A stretch of 63,297 nt of DNA, the filler included, from Clostridiaceae bacterium (GTDB taxonomy: Bacteria > Bacillota > Clostridia > CAYPLH01 > DUMO01), in assembly GCA_012839865.1 (NCBI GenBank). It is 3 parts of 3 records of this genome, joined end to end, with 100 filler letters (N's around TTAATTAATTAA, not from the genome) between each part and the next. Parts side by side here need not be neighbours in the genome. Positions count along the whole stretch, not along the records: positions 1 to 19,177 come from DUMO01000002.1; positions 19,278 to 46,874 come from DUMO01000046.1; 1 more part is not named here. One strand, 5' to 3'. The position numbers and the translations under genes are program-made. This document shows positions 11,202 through 20,197 of the stretch, one piece after another. The notes under the pieces were generated by a model that was given only the letters and a program-made list of their open reading frames with translations, ran no database searches and had not been told where the DNA came from. The first letter of the stretch is position 1, and each line of letters starts with the position of its first letter.

Positions 11202-11227
11202 TTGCTTTTCCTCCCATTATACAGGTT

Positions 11228-13042
11228 TTATGACAATATTATTTTTTCCAACTCGTCAAGAGTTTCTGCAAAAACTTGTAATGCATCCTCAATCGGTTTG
11301 GGTGTTGTAAGGTCAACACCGGCTTTCTTGAGAAGCTCAAGAGGATAGTCCGAGCATCCGCTTCTTAAGAAGCTCTTATACCTTTCAACAGCCGGTTCGC
11401 CTTCATTCAAAATTTGTCTGGACAGTGAAGTTGCTGCTGAGAAACCCGTAGCATATTTATAAACATAAAAACTTCTATAAAAATGCGGTATTCTGGCCCA
11501 TTCAAAACTTATATCCTCGTCTACTGTTATTCCGGTCCCAAAGTACTTTTTATTCAGTTCGTAGTAGATCTTGCAAAGGCTATCCACAGTCAATGCCTCG
11601 CCTTTCTCCATTTTCTCATGAATTATCATTTCAAATTCTGCAAACATTACCTGACGGAACACCGTACCGCGGAATTCTTCAAGATAGTGGTTCAAAAGAT
11701 AAGCCTTTTCCTTCTTGTCGGTTGACTTTTTCATCAAATGAGCCATCAGCAGAGATTCATTTACAGTTGAAGCAACTTCTGCAACAAAAATCTTATATTC
11801 ACTGTATATATAAGGTTGAGTCATATCTGTGAAAAATGAATGCATTGCATGACCCATTTCGTGGGCAATGGTAAATACGTCGTTTACTATACCCTGGTAA
11901 TTCAGCAGCACATAGGGATGTGTCCCGTAAGCTCCCCAGGAATAAGCGCCGCTTGTCTTTCCCTCATTCTCATATACATCAATCCAGCCGCTCTTGAAAG
12001 CTTCTTTAAGATAATTGATATATTCATCTCCCATTGGGGAAAGGCCTTCCGTCACCATATCCAATGCCTGTTCATAGGAAATTTCCTTTTCAGGCTGCTC
12101 AACAATCGGAACGTAAAGGTCATACATATGAAGGTCATCCAGTTTCAATGCCTTTTTCCGAAGTTCCACATACCTGTGAAGAAGGTGCAGGTTATCATTT
12201 ATTGTCTTTACAAGATTGGTGTAAACATCCGCTGAAATGTTATCATCATCAAGGGATGCCTCCAGGCATGAGCCATATTTTCTGGCTGTCGCATAAAATT
12301 TATTGCCCTTAAGGTTGGCAGCCAGCAGTGTTGCAAGGGTGTTTTTGTAGCTCTTGTACGAACTGTAGAGAGCATCGAAGGCATCTTTTCTGACCCTGCG
12401 GTCTCTGCTCTCCAGTAATTTTATATATTTACCCTTGGTTACTTCCACATCCTGGCCTTTCTCGTCCTTTATAAACGGGAACTTTATATCGGCATTGTTG
12501 AACATGGTGAATATATCCCGGGATGATGCTGCCATTTCCGAGGCCGATGCAAGCAGGGATTCTTCCTTATCAGACAAAGTATGTTCTTTTTGTCTTATAA
12601 TATCTTTAATATATGTTTCATAAACCTTAAGGTCATTGTTTTCATTCAAAAACTTGTATAAAGTTTCTTCGGGTATGGATGTCAATTCCGGAGTGATAAA
12701 GGATATGGCTGTGGCTACTTCTACATATAATGCCTGGGCTCTGTTCGCCAATGCCTGGTAGACAGGGTTTGCATTGTCCTCATCCCTTCTCATCCTGGCA
12801 TAAACAAAAATTCTCTCGGTTTTAAGCTTCAGCTCATCGCAAAACTTCAGGCAATTCAGCAGGGTTTCCGCGCTTTGGGCCAGTTTCCCCTTGAAAGTTT
12901 CCACTTCCTTTGCCATTTGTTTAACTTTGTTAAAGTCCTCTTCCCATAATGAATTATCTGCGTAAATGTCTTCAAGCTTCCATTTGTACTTTGCATCAAT
13001 TTCTTCCCGCTTTGGCAGAGAATTTTTAATCTTGGTTTCCAT
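11228..13042 (-). CDS. pepF: Oligoendopeptidase F (peptidase M3B)
   Basis: KWKLEDIY, GAYSWG, HEMGH zinc motif, AEVAST, WARIPHFY; start moved to ATG 13042 behind an AAAGGGG RBS. Confidence 0.95.
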   Translation of the reverse strand: METKIKNSLPKREEIDAKYKWKLEDIYADNSLWEEDFNKVKQMAKEVETFKGKLAQSAETLLNCLKFCDELKLKTERIFVYARMRRDEDNANPVYQALANRAQALYVEVATAISFITPELTSIPEETLYKFLNENNDLKVYETYIKDIIRQKEHTLSDKEESLLASASEMAASSRDIFTMFNNADIKFPFIKDEKGQDVEVTKGKYIKLLESRDRRVRKDAFDALYSSYKSYKNTLATLLAANLKGNKFYATARKYGSCLEASLDDDNISADVYTNLVKTINDNLHLLHRYVELRKKALKLDDLHMYDLYVPIVEQPEKEISYEQALDMVTEGLSPMGDEYINYLKEAFKSGWIDVYENEGKTSGAYSWGAYGTHPYVLLNYQGIVNDVFTIAHEMGHAMHSFFTDMTQPYIYSEYKIFVAEVASTVNESLLMAHLMKKSTDKKEKAYLLNHYLEEFRGTVFRQVMFAEFEMIIHEKMEKGEALTVDSLCKIYYELNKKYFGTGITVDEDISFEWARIPHFYRSFYVYKYATGFSAATSLSRQILNEGEPAVERYKSFLRSGCSDYPLELLKKAGVDLTTPKPIEDALQVFAETLDELEKIILS

Positions 13043-13181
13043 AACAATCCCCTTTTCACAAAATAATATTTTGGTTACCGCCCGGATATAACGATACATC
13101 CGGGTTGTTGCCCATAAGCCCCAAACTAATAAACCTTTGGTGCCATCATACCCTGGAAAACCATTTGAGCCCTTGAACAAA

Positions 13182-13220
13182 ATTCTGCTGCAAGCAATAT
13201 AGTGAAGCTTGCAGCAGAAT
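13182..13220 (-). terminator. Strong hairpin between the FN3/SLH gene and pepF, probable terminator
   Basis: 14-bp perfect stem ATTCTGCTGCAAGC / GCTTGCAGCAGAAT, followed by TTTGTT on the minus strand. Confidence 0.55.
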
Positions 13221-13437
13221 AATTATTTGTCACAAAGTTCATTCTGCCTTTTTATTTGGGAAATTAAACTTATGATATTACCAAAAAGCAAGTTGGATTG
13301 ACTTTCGCCAATGCAATACAAAGAAATCAAAATGATTCCATATTTCTAAAAACTCAACCGGTATGCTTTTAGGGAATAATCTTCTTATTGAATTCCCTGC
13401 AAAAGGCAAAAATTACTCTATTTAATTATAACCCAAA

Positions 13438-16400
13438 CTATTCCACACGTTCAAGCACCTTGTGCAAAAGAACAGCGGCTTCTGCGCGGGTTGAGGTATC
13501 CTTCGGGGCAATTTCATATTCCGATCTTCCGTTCAAAATACCTTCGCCATGCAGTGATGCCATAAAAAGCAGTGCTTCCTCGGATATGGAATTGCGGTCC
13601 ATAAATTTGTCCAGAACTGATATATCATGCCAGGGGAGAGGCTTTCCGGCTGCAATGGAAGCTCTTGCGGCAATAACGCTCATGTCTTCCCTTGTAATCG
13701 GTGTGTCGGGATAAAACATATTGTCGCTGTCGCCAGTCACAATCCCCAAATTCTTTGCTATTATCACTTCCCTGTATGCCCAGTGGTTTACCATAACATC
13801 ATTGAAATTTCCCACAGGTACCCCTGCAAGTCCAAAAGCCCTGACCACCAATGCTGTAAACTCAGCCCGGGAAATATTTTCATTGGGCGCAAACAACCTA
13901 TCGGTTCGCCCCTTTATTATTCCCCTTCCTGCAAGGTCCTCTATGGCATCCCTTGCCCAATACAATTCTTTTATATCATCAAAGGTCACAATTTCCTTTG
14001 TCCTCGTGTAAACCTCCTCTGTGTACCCGGAATCCCCGCTTGCATTGAAAGCTTTGACACGGTAGTAGTAACGGGTGTCCGGAGCAAGACCGCTGTCAAT
14101 AAATATAGTGGTGTTTGCATCAACAGTACCAACTATGCCAAAACCGCCAAAATAGGTCCTGCGCTCGATTGTAAATCCTTCCTCGTTGTCTGAATTGTCT
14201 CTCCAACTGAGTCTTACCATTTTAGGGGACAGGACCTCTATGGTCAGGTTTGCAGGAGCCAGCGGTTCTCCTGTTTTGACCTCGATAACCTCGCTTAGGG
14301 ACTGGCTTCTGAACACATTATTATTTGCAATAATTCTATAGAAATAGGGTGTGTAGGCATCCAGCTCCGTATCAGTAAAAACGCCTATTCCCGGTGAAAC
14401 AGTCCCTATTGCCTGCCATGCTCCGAATTCGCCGGTTTTCCTTTGAATCTCGTACTCTGCATCAATTTTTGAGTTCTCATTCCACTTAAGCAGGATGTTG
14501 GTTGATGACATTACATGATATGTCAAATCGGAAGGAGGCTCCGGAATTGACGTCTTTACACCGGCTGTTTCGGAAAAAGCCGACCTTACCTCACCTAAAA
14601 TATTCCTCGAATATGCAATTACTTTGTAATAATACCAAGTATCCCCTTCAACAGTGGTATCTTCAGTCACCTCCGAGTTCCTGCCCAAGGTTTTTATCAG
14701 GGTCCATTCGCCGGTGTCTCCTTTCTTCCTCCAGACTTCATATCCGGTCTCATTTCCCGCATTGTCCTTCCAGCTTAATTTGACGGTCTGTCTGGAAACT
14801 GCCAGGGCTTCCAGGTTTGTCGGGGCTTCCAGCACCGTGCTTATAACAGACACCTCCTGGGAGTACGGGGAATCATTGTAATGAGTAAGTGCCTTAACCC
14901 TGTATGTATACTTTGTATTTGGCGTCACGGACTCATCAATCCAGGATGTTTGATTTTGTCCGACATATGAAGCTGTTATGAAGCTGCCTTCGCCTGTTTT
15001 TCTTTCAATTACAAATTCAGTTTCATCGGAATTGTCTTCCCAATCCAGCCTGATTGCACCCGGAGATATGACAGTTGCAGTCAATGATGCAGGCTCAACC
15101 AGTTTTGAATATACCCCCTGCCCTGTATCCCCCGGAGGGTATGGAGCTGAAAACAGATATGCTCCCATGGCCGCTTTAACCCTATAATAATACAACGAAT
15201 TGGGTTCAAGGCCGGTATCCTTGTATTGGGTAACTCCACTAACCAAAGTCGCAATTTTTTCCCATGTTCCCTCGGTCCCCTTTTCGTCTATTACAGCCTT
15301 TTTTCTTTCTATAATGCTGTTGTAGCTTCCAAACCCCGGATATGTCCAGGACAGGTCTATCTGGCTTGACGATACAGGGGTTAATGTTAAAGAGCTTGGA
15401 GCCAGTACGGATGTATCGGTGCGGACAGATACCGTATTGCTATACCCGGGGGAGTCGCCATAGGGGTTGTAGGATTTTACCCTATAGCTCAGCAATTGCC
15501 CTCCGGCTGCATTTGCATCGATGTATGAGGTCTTGTTTGCCGTTAAAACAGCAATAACAGAGTAATCTCCATCCCCTGTTTTTTTCTCAACCTTAAACCC
15601 GGTTTCATTGTTGGATTGATCCTTCCATTCGAGGAGCAGTGAGTTCTCTGAAATCAAAGTAATGCACAGGTTTGCCGGTGCAGCCGGTTTCCCCAGTGAA
15701 ACACTTTTCTCTTCACTGACGGCAAAATTGTCTTCCGACTCCCAGGCTGCAATCCTGTATGTATAATCAGCTGCTCCTGATACAAAGATATCGGTATAAG
15801 AGGTTGCAAGATTACCAAGTTCTGCAATATCAATAAAACTCCCGTCCCCGGATTTTCTTTGAATCTTCAGGAGGGAGACATTATTCACATCATTCGTCCA
15901 TGTAATGGTAACAGAGCTGTTGGAATTTACATAACATACAATATCTTTTGGAGCCGCAGGCTTGGTTACCGGTTCTGATATATTGCTGTATACCGTATAT
16001 CCTCCCCACCCCCGGTTGTTGAGCCTGTACCTGTAAGTTCCACCATATTGGGGGCTCTCCGTTACACTTTTCATTCCGCTTGTAAACCGTGTACTGACCA
16101 GTTCCCATTCGCCCCAGGATGCTCCGTTATGCCTGGAACGCTCAAGATAAAACCCTTCCACATTGGCATCTTCGTCCCATGTAATGGTGGCAACACCGTT
16201 TTTCATGCTTGCGGTAATAATAGGCACAGCTACCGGTTTCAAAACTGCAGGCAATGAAGGGTCGGACCTGTTTCCATAGTTGTCAACGGATATGATTGTA
16301 TATTCAACCTGTGAGTCTTCCTTCAGGGTCATGTCATAAAAAGTGTACGTGGTGGTTAAGGCTCCAAGAGTTGCAATTTCCCTGCCATCGCTGCTTTTTA

Positions 16401-16863
16401 TTATTGTCCGGGCGGCAGCCTTTGAATTGACTTTCCAACTGAGTGTAACTCTTTTGGCTGCAAGGTTGTAATCCAGTGTAACATCATCTGGCGGAAGCAT
16501 TCTGGCAGTACTTGCAGCAATTGTTGCCTCGCCAAGTATGTTTCTTCCTGAATCCATTGCCACTACCTTGTATTCATATGTTGTTCCGGGGGTCAGTTTT
16601 TCATCGGTATATGTAAGATAATTCCTGTCTATATCAATGTTTACGGATTTTATCTGGATTCCGTTCCTGTAGACGGTGTAGTATAATGCTTTAGGCACCG
16701 CTGACCAGTCAAGTTTCAAAACCGTATCTACATCCGGCGCAACCGGTGTAGCCGTGACAGTAAAGGATGCATTTGCATAAACGGGGTATATGAATACAAG
16801 AAGAAAAACAGTTAATGCTAATATTAAGATCTTTCCCGGATATATAATAAATACTCTTTTCAT
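13438..16863 (-). CDS. Secreted S-layer-anchored protein with about 10 fibronectin type III repeats and 3 SLH domains
   Basis: Hydrophobic signal peptide ending VYANA; repeated AP..L....S...L.W.D....GF..ER and Y.YRVKA units; C-terminal ISRAEF, ITREDM and STRAEAA SLH motifs. Confidence 0.88.
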   Translation of the reverse strand: MKRVFIIYPGKILILALTVFLLVFIYPVYANASFTVTATPVAPDVDTVLKLDWSAVPKALYYTVYRNGIQIKSVNIDIDRNYLTYTDEKLTPGTTYEYKVVAMDSGRNILGEATIAASTARMLPPDDVTLDYNLAAKRVTLSWKVNSKAAARTIIKSSDGREIATLGALTTTYTFYDMTLKEDSQVEYTIISVDNYGNRSDPSLPAVLKPVAVPIITASMKNGVATITWDEDANVEGFYLERSRHNGASWGEWELVSTRFTSGMKSVTESPQYGGTYRYRLNNRGWGGYTVYSNISEPVTKPAAPKDIVCYVNSNSSVTITWTNDVNNVSLLKIQRKSGDGSFIDIAELGNLATSYTDIFVSGAADYTYRIAAWESEDNFAVSEEKSVSLGKPAAPANLCITLISENSLLLEWKDQSNNETGFKVEKKTGDGDYSVIAVLTANKTSYIDANAAGGQLLSYRVKSYNPYGDSPGYSNTVSVRTDTSVLAPSSLTLTPVSSSQIDLSWTYPGFGSYNSIIERKKAVIDEKGTEGTWEKIATLVSGVTQYKDTGLEPNSLYYYRVKAAMGAYLFSAPYPPGDTGQGVYSKLVEPASLTATVISPGAIRLDWEDNSDETEFVIERKTGEGSFITASYVGQNQTSWIDESVTPNTKYTYRVKALTHYNDSPYSQEVSVISTVLEAPTNLEALAVSRQTVKLSWKDNAGNETGYEVWRKKGDTGEWTLIKTLGRNSEVTEDTTVEGDTWYYYKVIAYSRNILGEVRSAFSETAGVKTSIPEPPSDLTYHVMSSTNILLKWNENSKIDAEYEIQRKTGEFGAWQAIGTVSPGIGVFTDTELDAYTPYFYRIIANNNVFRSQSLSEVIEVKTGEPLAPANLTIEVLSPKMVRLSWRDNSDNEEGFTIERRTYFGGFGIVGTVDANTTIFIDSGLAPDTRYYYRVKAFNASGDSGYTEEVYTRTKEIVTFDDIKELYWARDAIEDLAGRGIIKGRTDRLFAPNENISRAEFTALVVRAFGLAGVPVGNFNDVMVNHWAYREVIIAKNLGIVTGDSDNMFYPDTPITREDMSVIAARASIAAGKPLPWHDISVLDKFMDRNSISEEALLFMASLHGEGILNGRSEYEIAPKDTSTRAEAAVLLHKVLERVE

Positions 16864-17184
16864 TGATATTCTCCTATGTTGCATGATATATTCAAATTAA
16901 TAATACCAGATTGTTTATGGTTATAAAGTATAAAACGCACAGTTATAGCTACAAATATTATTTCGGTATTTTGGATGAATTTATTAATCACAAATCCGGT
17001 TTTTATAGTTGTTTGGTTTTCAAACAAAATAGAGCCTTTTTCTTAGAAGAGCTCGGGGGCATCGAGCCCCGCTCGCTTTTGGCTGGATTTGCTTCGCAAA
17101 TAGCCTTGCTCTGCGCATTTCAATCATTTTAAGTCTGAACAATAAACATATCAACCAATAAACTTAACAAAAGTTTCCCGGAGG

Positions 17185-17213
17185 TTGACAAAGGAATTGA
17201 TTTAATTTAAAAT
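17185..17213 (+). promoter_or_regulatory. Sigma-A promoter of tRNA-Arg
   Basis: TTGACA (17185-17190), 17-nt spacer, TAAAAT (17208-17213), just upstream of the tRNA. Confidence 0.75.
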
Positions 17214-17230
17214 GTATTTTGTTGAGATAT

Positions 17231-17307
17231 GCACCCATAGCTCAGCAGGATAGAGCGTCGGTTTCCTAAACCGCAGGCCGGGGGTTCGAATCCCTTTGGG
17301 TGCACCA
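17231..17307 (+). tRNA. tRNA-Arg(CCT)
   Basis: 77 nt; GCACCCA/TGGGTGC acceptor stem, D-arm AGCTCAGCAGGATAGAGC, anticodon loop TTCCTAA, GGTTCGAATCC T-arm, encoded CCA. Confidence 0.95.
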
Positions 17308-17311
17308 GATT

Positions 17312-17344
17312 AAACCCTTGGAGCATAAAGCTTCCAGGGTTTTT
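17312..17344 (+). terminator. Hairpin plus T-tract directly 3' of the tRNA
   Basis: AAACCCTTGGAG...CTTCCAGGGTTTTT. Confidence 0.55.
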
Positions 17345-17590
17345 ATATTTCATGCAAACAGTAAATCTATGAAAACTTCAAGGATAACAGACTTGATAAT
17401 ATTGAAAGCTGGTAGGACAGCCTGTCCATAAAAGTGCTTTCACATGATTCAAAACTTAAGGTTATTGAAACTGAATTCCCGGAAAATTAGTTCCAAAACA
17501 TTTACAATTCATCAACTGATTTCTCTTCTTCCTTATGATTGAGAAACCTGTCATAATGTTACTTATCAAATTAATTGTCCAAAATAACTA

Positions 17591-17911
17591 TCCGTGGAAA
17601 CCCGTGGTTAACCGTGGTTTTCCGTGTAAATACAAGGGTTTTGCGGTTTTAAATGCGGAAACATAATTTGAGAAAAATTCAGGCTATTTTTTCTCTTATC
17701 GAGGGCTCGGTGAAAGTACCGGGCTTTTTTAACGCGCTTAGAAAACATTGCGTTAACTGTGTTAATAAAGTACTTAAAACGTTTGTTACAGTAGCGTTAG
17801 AGGATTTAACGCGCTATTCAAATCTGCCCCGCAAACTACACAAATATTCAATTTTCATTAACGCTGATTGCGGAACTTGATTGCGAAACTATGATTTAAG
17901 TTCCGCAATCA
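17591..17911. repeat. Repeat array: 4 x CCGTG at a 10-bp period, 2 x TTTAACGCGCT, and a 14-bp inverted repeat
   Basis: CCGTG at 17592, 17602, 17612 and 17622; TTTAACGCGCT at 17728 and 17805; TGATTGCGGAACTT (17865-17878) / AAGTTCCGCAATCA (17898-17911). Confidence 0.75.
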
Positions 17912-18028
17912 AGAAAACCGCAACAAATCAACGTTTCAGCCAACGCACCTCAAAACAGCCTTCGTTGGCTGGAGGTAATAAAACTGGAAATTATCAGACG
18001 AAAAAATACGTCTAAAGAACATAAAAAA

Positions 18029-18661
18029 TTAAGCAATTATCCTGCCTTCAGCGTCCATTTTTGCTGCAGCGATTTCTCCCCTTCCAGTCTGCGAGGCTGA
18101 TGACTCCATAGAATTTTGCTTTTCTTCCTGTGAAACTTGCTTTTCATCCTGTTTGGAGTCAGCAGATAAAGCCGCCAAGAGAGTTCTTACAAATTGGTCA
18201 ACTGCTCCCTGGTCACGATCCGGCAGCTTACGATAGTTTTTAATAAGAGACAATTCATACTTATTTAGGTTTTCTGAATGTACAGCTTCTGGATCATAAG
18301 CAGCGGCAATACATTCATAAATATCATTAATAAGCTGAAAGAGGTCATTCCTCGTAACCTGCCTTTCGCTAATAGCCGTTTGAAGATAATGCATTACATT
18401 TTCGAGGCTGTCAAACTCCTTATGAGTATTTTTATTCACGTCATTTCCATTGGAGGGAAATAATTTTTCTTCACCAGTCAGTAGCCAGTCAGTTGACACG
18501 CGATAGTACTTGGCAAGTGACACGACTGTTTCTAAATTGGGTGACCTTTCATTTTCTTCGTATCTACCTAAATTATGAATTGACAAATCTTTCATAACTT
18601 GCGCTCTATTTAGCTTTTTTTGCTCTCTAAGAAATGTAAGCCTTTCACCTAAAGTTTTCAT
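18029..18661 (-). CDS. XRE-family (HTH_3) transcriptional regulator, phage/ICE repressor-like
   Basis: MKTLGERLTFLREQKKL...LGRYEENERSPNLETVVSLAKYYRVSTDWLLTG; C-terminal LIKNYRKLP helix seen in Firmicute repressors. Confidence 0.88.
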   Translation of the reverse strand: MKTLGERLTFLREQKKLNRAQVMKDLSIHNLGRYEENERSPNLETVVSLAKYYRVSTDWLLTGEEKLFPSNGNDVNKNTHKEFDSLENVMHYLQTAISERQVTRNDLFQLINDIYECIAAAYDPEAVHSENLNKYELSLIKNYRKLPDRDQGAVDQFVRTLLAALSADSKQDEKQVSQEEKQNSMESSASQTGRGEIAAAKMDAEGRIIA

Positions 18662-18684
18662 AGTACACCCCCTTTACAAATAAA

Positions 18685-18776
18685 TGTCATTTGACACGAA
18701 ATAGGCAAAAATTGTTTAATAAAACGTGTCAAAGCGCAATTTATATATTGACTACCTGTCAATTGACATGTATAAT
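18685..18776 (+). promoter_or_regulatory. Sigma-A promoter divergent from the XRE gene, with two TGTCA-N2-TGACA palindromes
   Basis: TTGACT (18748-18753), 17-nt spacer, TATAAT (18771-18776); palindromes at 18685-18696 and 18757-18768. Confidence 0.7.
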
Positions 18777-19177
18777 GGTTATAGACGTAAAAATACATCA
18801 ATAGTTTAGCACACATTTCCAGAATGCACCACATCAAACTTGTGTTCTCACATCTGAAAATTGCGGTTCTTGCAGGCACCCCCGCTTGTGCCACTGAAAA
18901 CTGAATATATGATTTTAGTTTTGACAAGCCATCTGAGCTGGGCAATTTTTTGGGCCTGGCGTGTACAAGTCCAAGGTAACTAATAATAGCGAAGATCCAG
19001 GCAATGACCTGAGGAGCCGGAAAGCAGTACCGGAGTGAATGTGGGAGGGTATTGTAGATTTTCAAATTAAAACAAACCACTTTCTCAAATTATTTGAGCC
19101 TATTCAGGCAGTAAATTAGTTTAAAAAGCACATGGTTAAAAACATATTTTTTCAAATTATGAAGGTCAGAAAAAAAC

Positions 19178-19277
19178 NNNNNNNNNNNNNNNNNNNNNNN
19201 NNNNNNNNNNNNNNNNNNNNNTTAATTAATTAANNNNNNNNNNNNNNNNNNNNNNNNNNNNNNNNNNNNNNNNNNNN
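19178..19277. other. Artificial contig-joining spacer (N44-TTAATTAATTAA-N44)
   Basis: Six-frame stop linker flanked by Ns; identical to the one at 46875-46974. Confidence 0.97.
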
Positions 19278-19410
19278 TAAAACCGTTATTAAGATATCTT
19301 ATATTGAAATTGCTGTGTTTGTAACCTGGCGGATTGGGATTATCTATTCCATTGGTTTTCTTGAGTTCGAAATAAGATCTCCAGCTTTCATCAAGCATTT
19401 TCAATTCACT
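19278..19410 (-). mobile_element. tnpB: IS200/IS605-family tnpB internal fragment, 5'-truncated, running into the gap
   Basis: Translates as LKMLDESWRSYFELKKTNGIDNPNPPGYKHSNFNIRYLNNGF, resembling the L..AWKSFF......P.PP.YK region of clostridial TnpB (recognised from memory, not searched). Confidence 0.6.
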
Positions 19411-19800
19411 TCATTGATTAATGAAGCACTTGCAGAAAATGAAGATGATTGCCTAAAGCAAATTATGGCAGTTAGTAAACTTTATGTAAAATTTATGGTT
19501 GAAAACCCTGAGCATTTCAAATTTATATTTATGACAGACCATCACAATCCCATCATATTGAAAAACGGAAAATTCATCAAGACTGACAGATGGATCGTAT
19601 CGGTTTTAGAAAATCTTTTTATTGGCCTTCGAAAAAATGAAAGTAGCAGCGAAAGTAGCTGGTCCTTAGATGCTTTAACCATATGGAGTCTCATTCATGG
19701 ATTCACGACTATGCTCGTCAATAACACAATAAAATATGAAGGAGACTATCTGGATGCCGTTTCTTTGATGTTGAAGGAAAAGGTTAAAATATTGGAATAA
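19405..19800 (+). pseudogene. TetR-family regulator C-terminal (WHG-type) domain lacking its N-terminal HTH
   Basis: YVKFMVENPEHFKFIF and IWSLIHGFTTML motifs; upstream sequence is tnpB-like on the opposite strand rather than an HTH. Confidence 0.6.
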
Positions 19801-20125
19801 ATTATACAAGTTCGTCAATAATCTGCAAAGCTATGGTGACACCAACTGCAAATAAGGCGCGGTCTGATTTCACACTCTCGCTGTGGAATCATGCGAATAG
19901 CTTCACGGTAAATATCGGCAAGGGGCGATTCTCCCTTTTTCTACCTGCAAAATCCAGCCTTCCTATATGCCCATTCTTAGGAAATTAATACCGGGTTGAT
20001 GGAATTGATGTTTGTGGGGTATTTTTTATAGTATCTGTATGTGGAAACATATCAATGGGTTTTTCAGTGATTTTTGAAAATCGCTGTCCGACTGAAACAG
20101 AAGTCCAGAACTAAGAATAAAATAA

Positions 20126-20162
20126 CCGCCGCAATCTGCCAGTATCAAGCAGACTGCGACGG
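20126..20162 (-). terminator. Probable terminator of the pyrophosphatase gene
   Basis: About 14-bp GC-rich stem followed by TTATTTT on the minus strand, about 35 nt after the stop. Confidence 0.6.
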
Positions 20163-20197
20163 CAAATGGGGTAAAAATCATTCAGTTCGTAAAAATA

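Noticed and set aside
17591..17630. Possible CRISPR array or mini-array
   Set aside because: The repeat unit is only 5-6 bp at a 10-bp period with no spacers, and there are no cas genes. No CRISPR array was seen anywhere in the window.
18658..19080. 140-aa minus-strand ORF abutting the XRE gene
   Set aside because: It runs through the operator/promoter region, has no RBS or recognisable domain, and has atypical composition; probably spurious.
19222..19233. TTAATTAATTAA palindrome within Ns (also 46919-46930), and ORFs ending in X runs
   Set aside because: Synthetic six-frame stop linker used to concatenate contigs; not biological. Only the real-sequence part of ORF 19222-19404 is informative.
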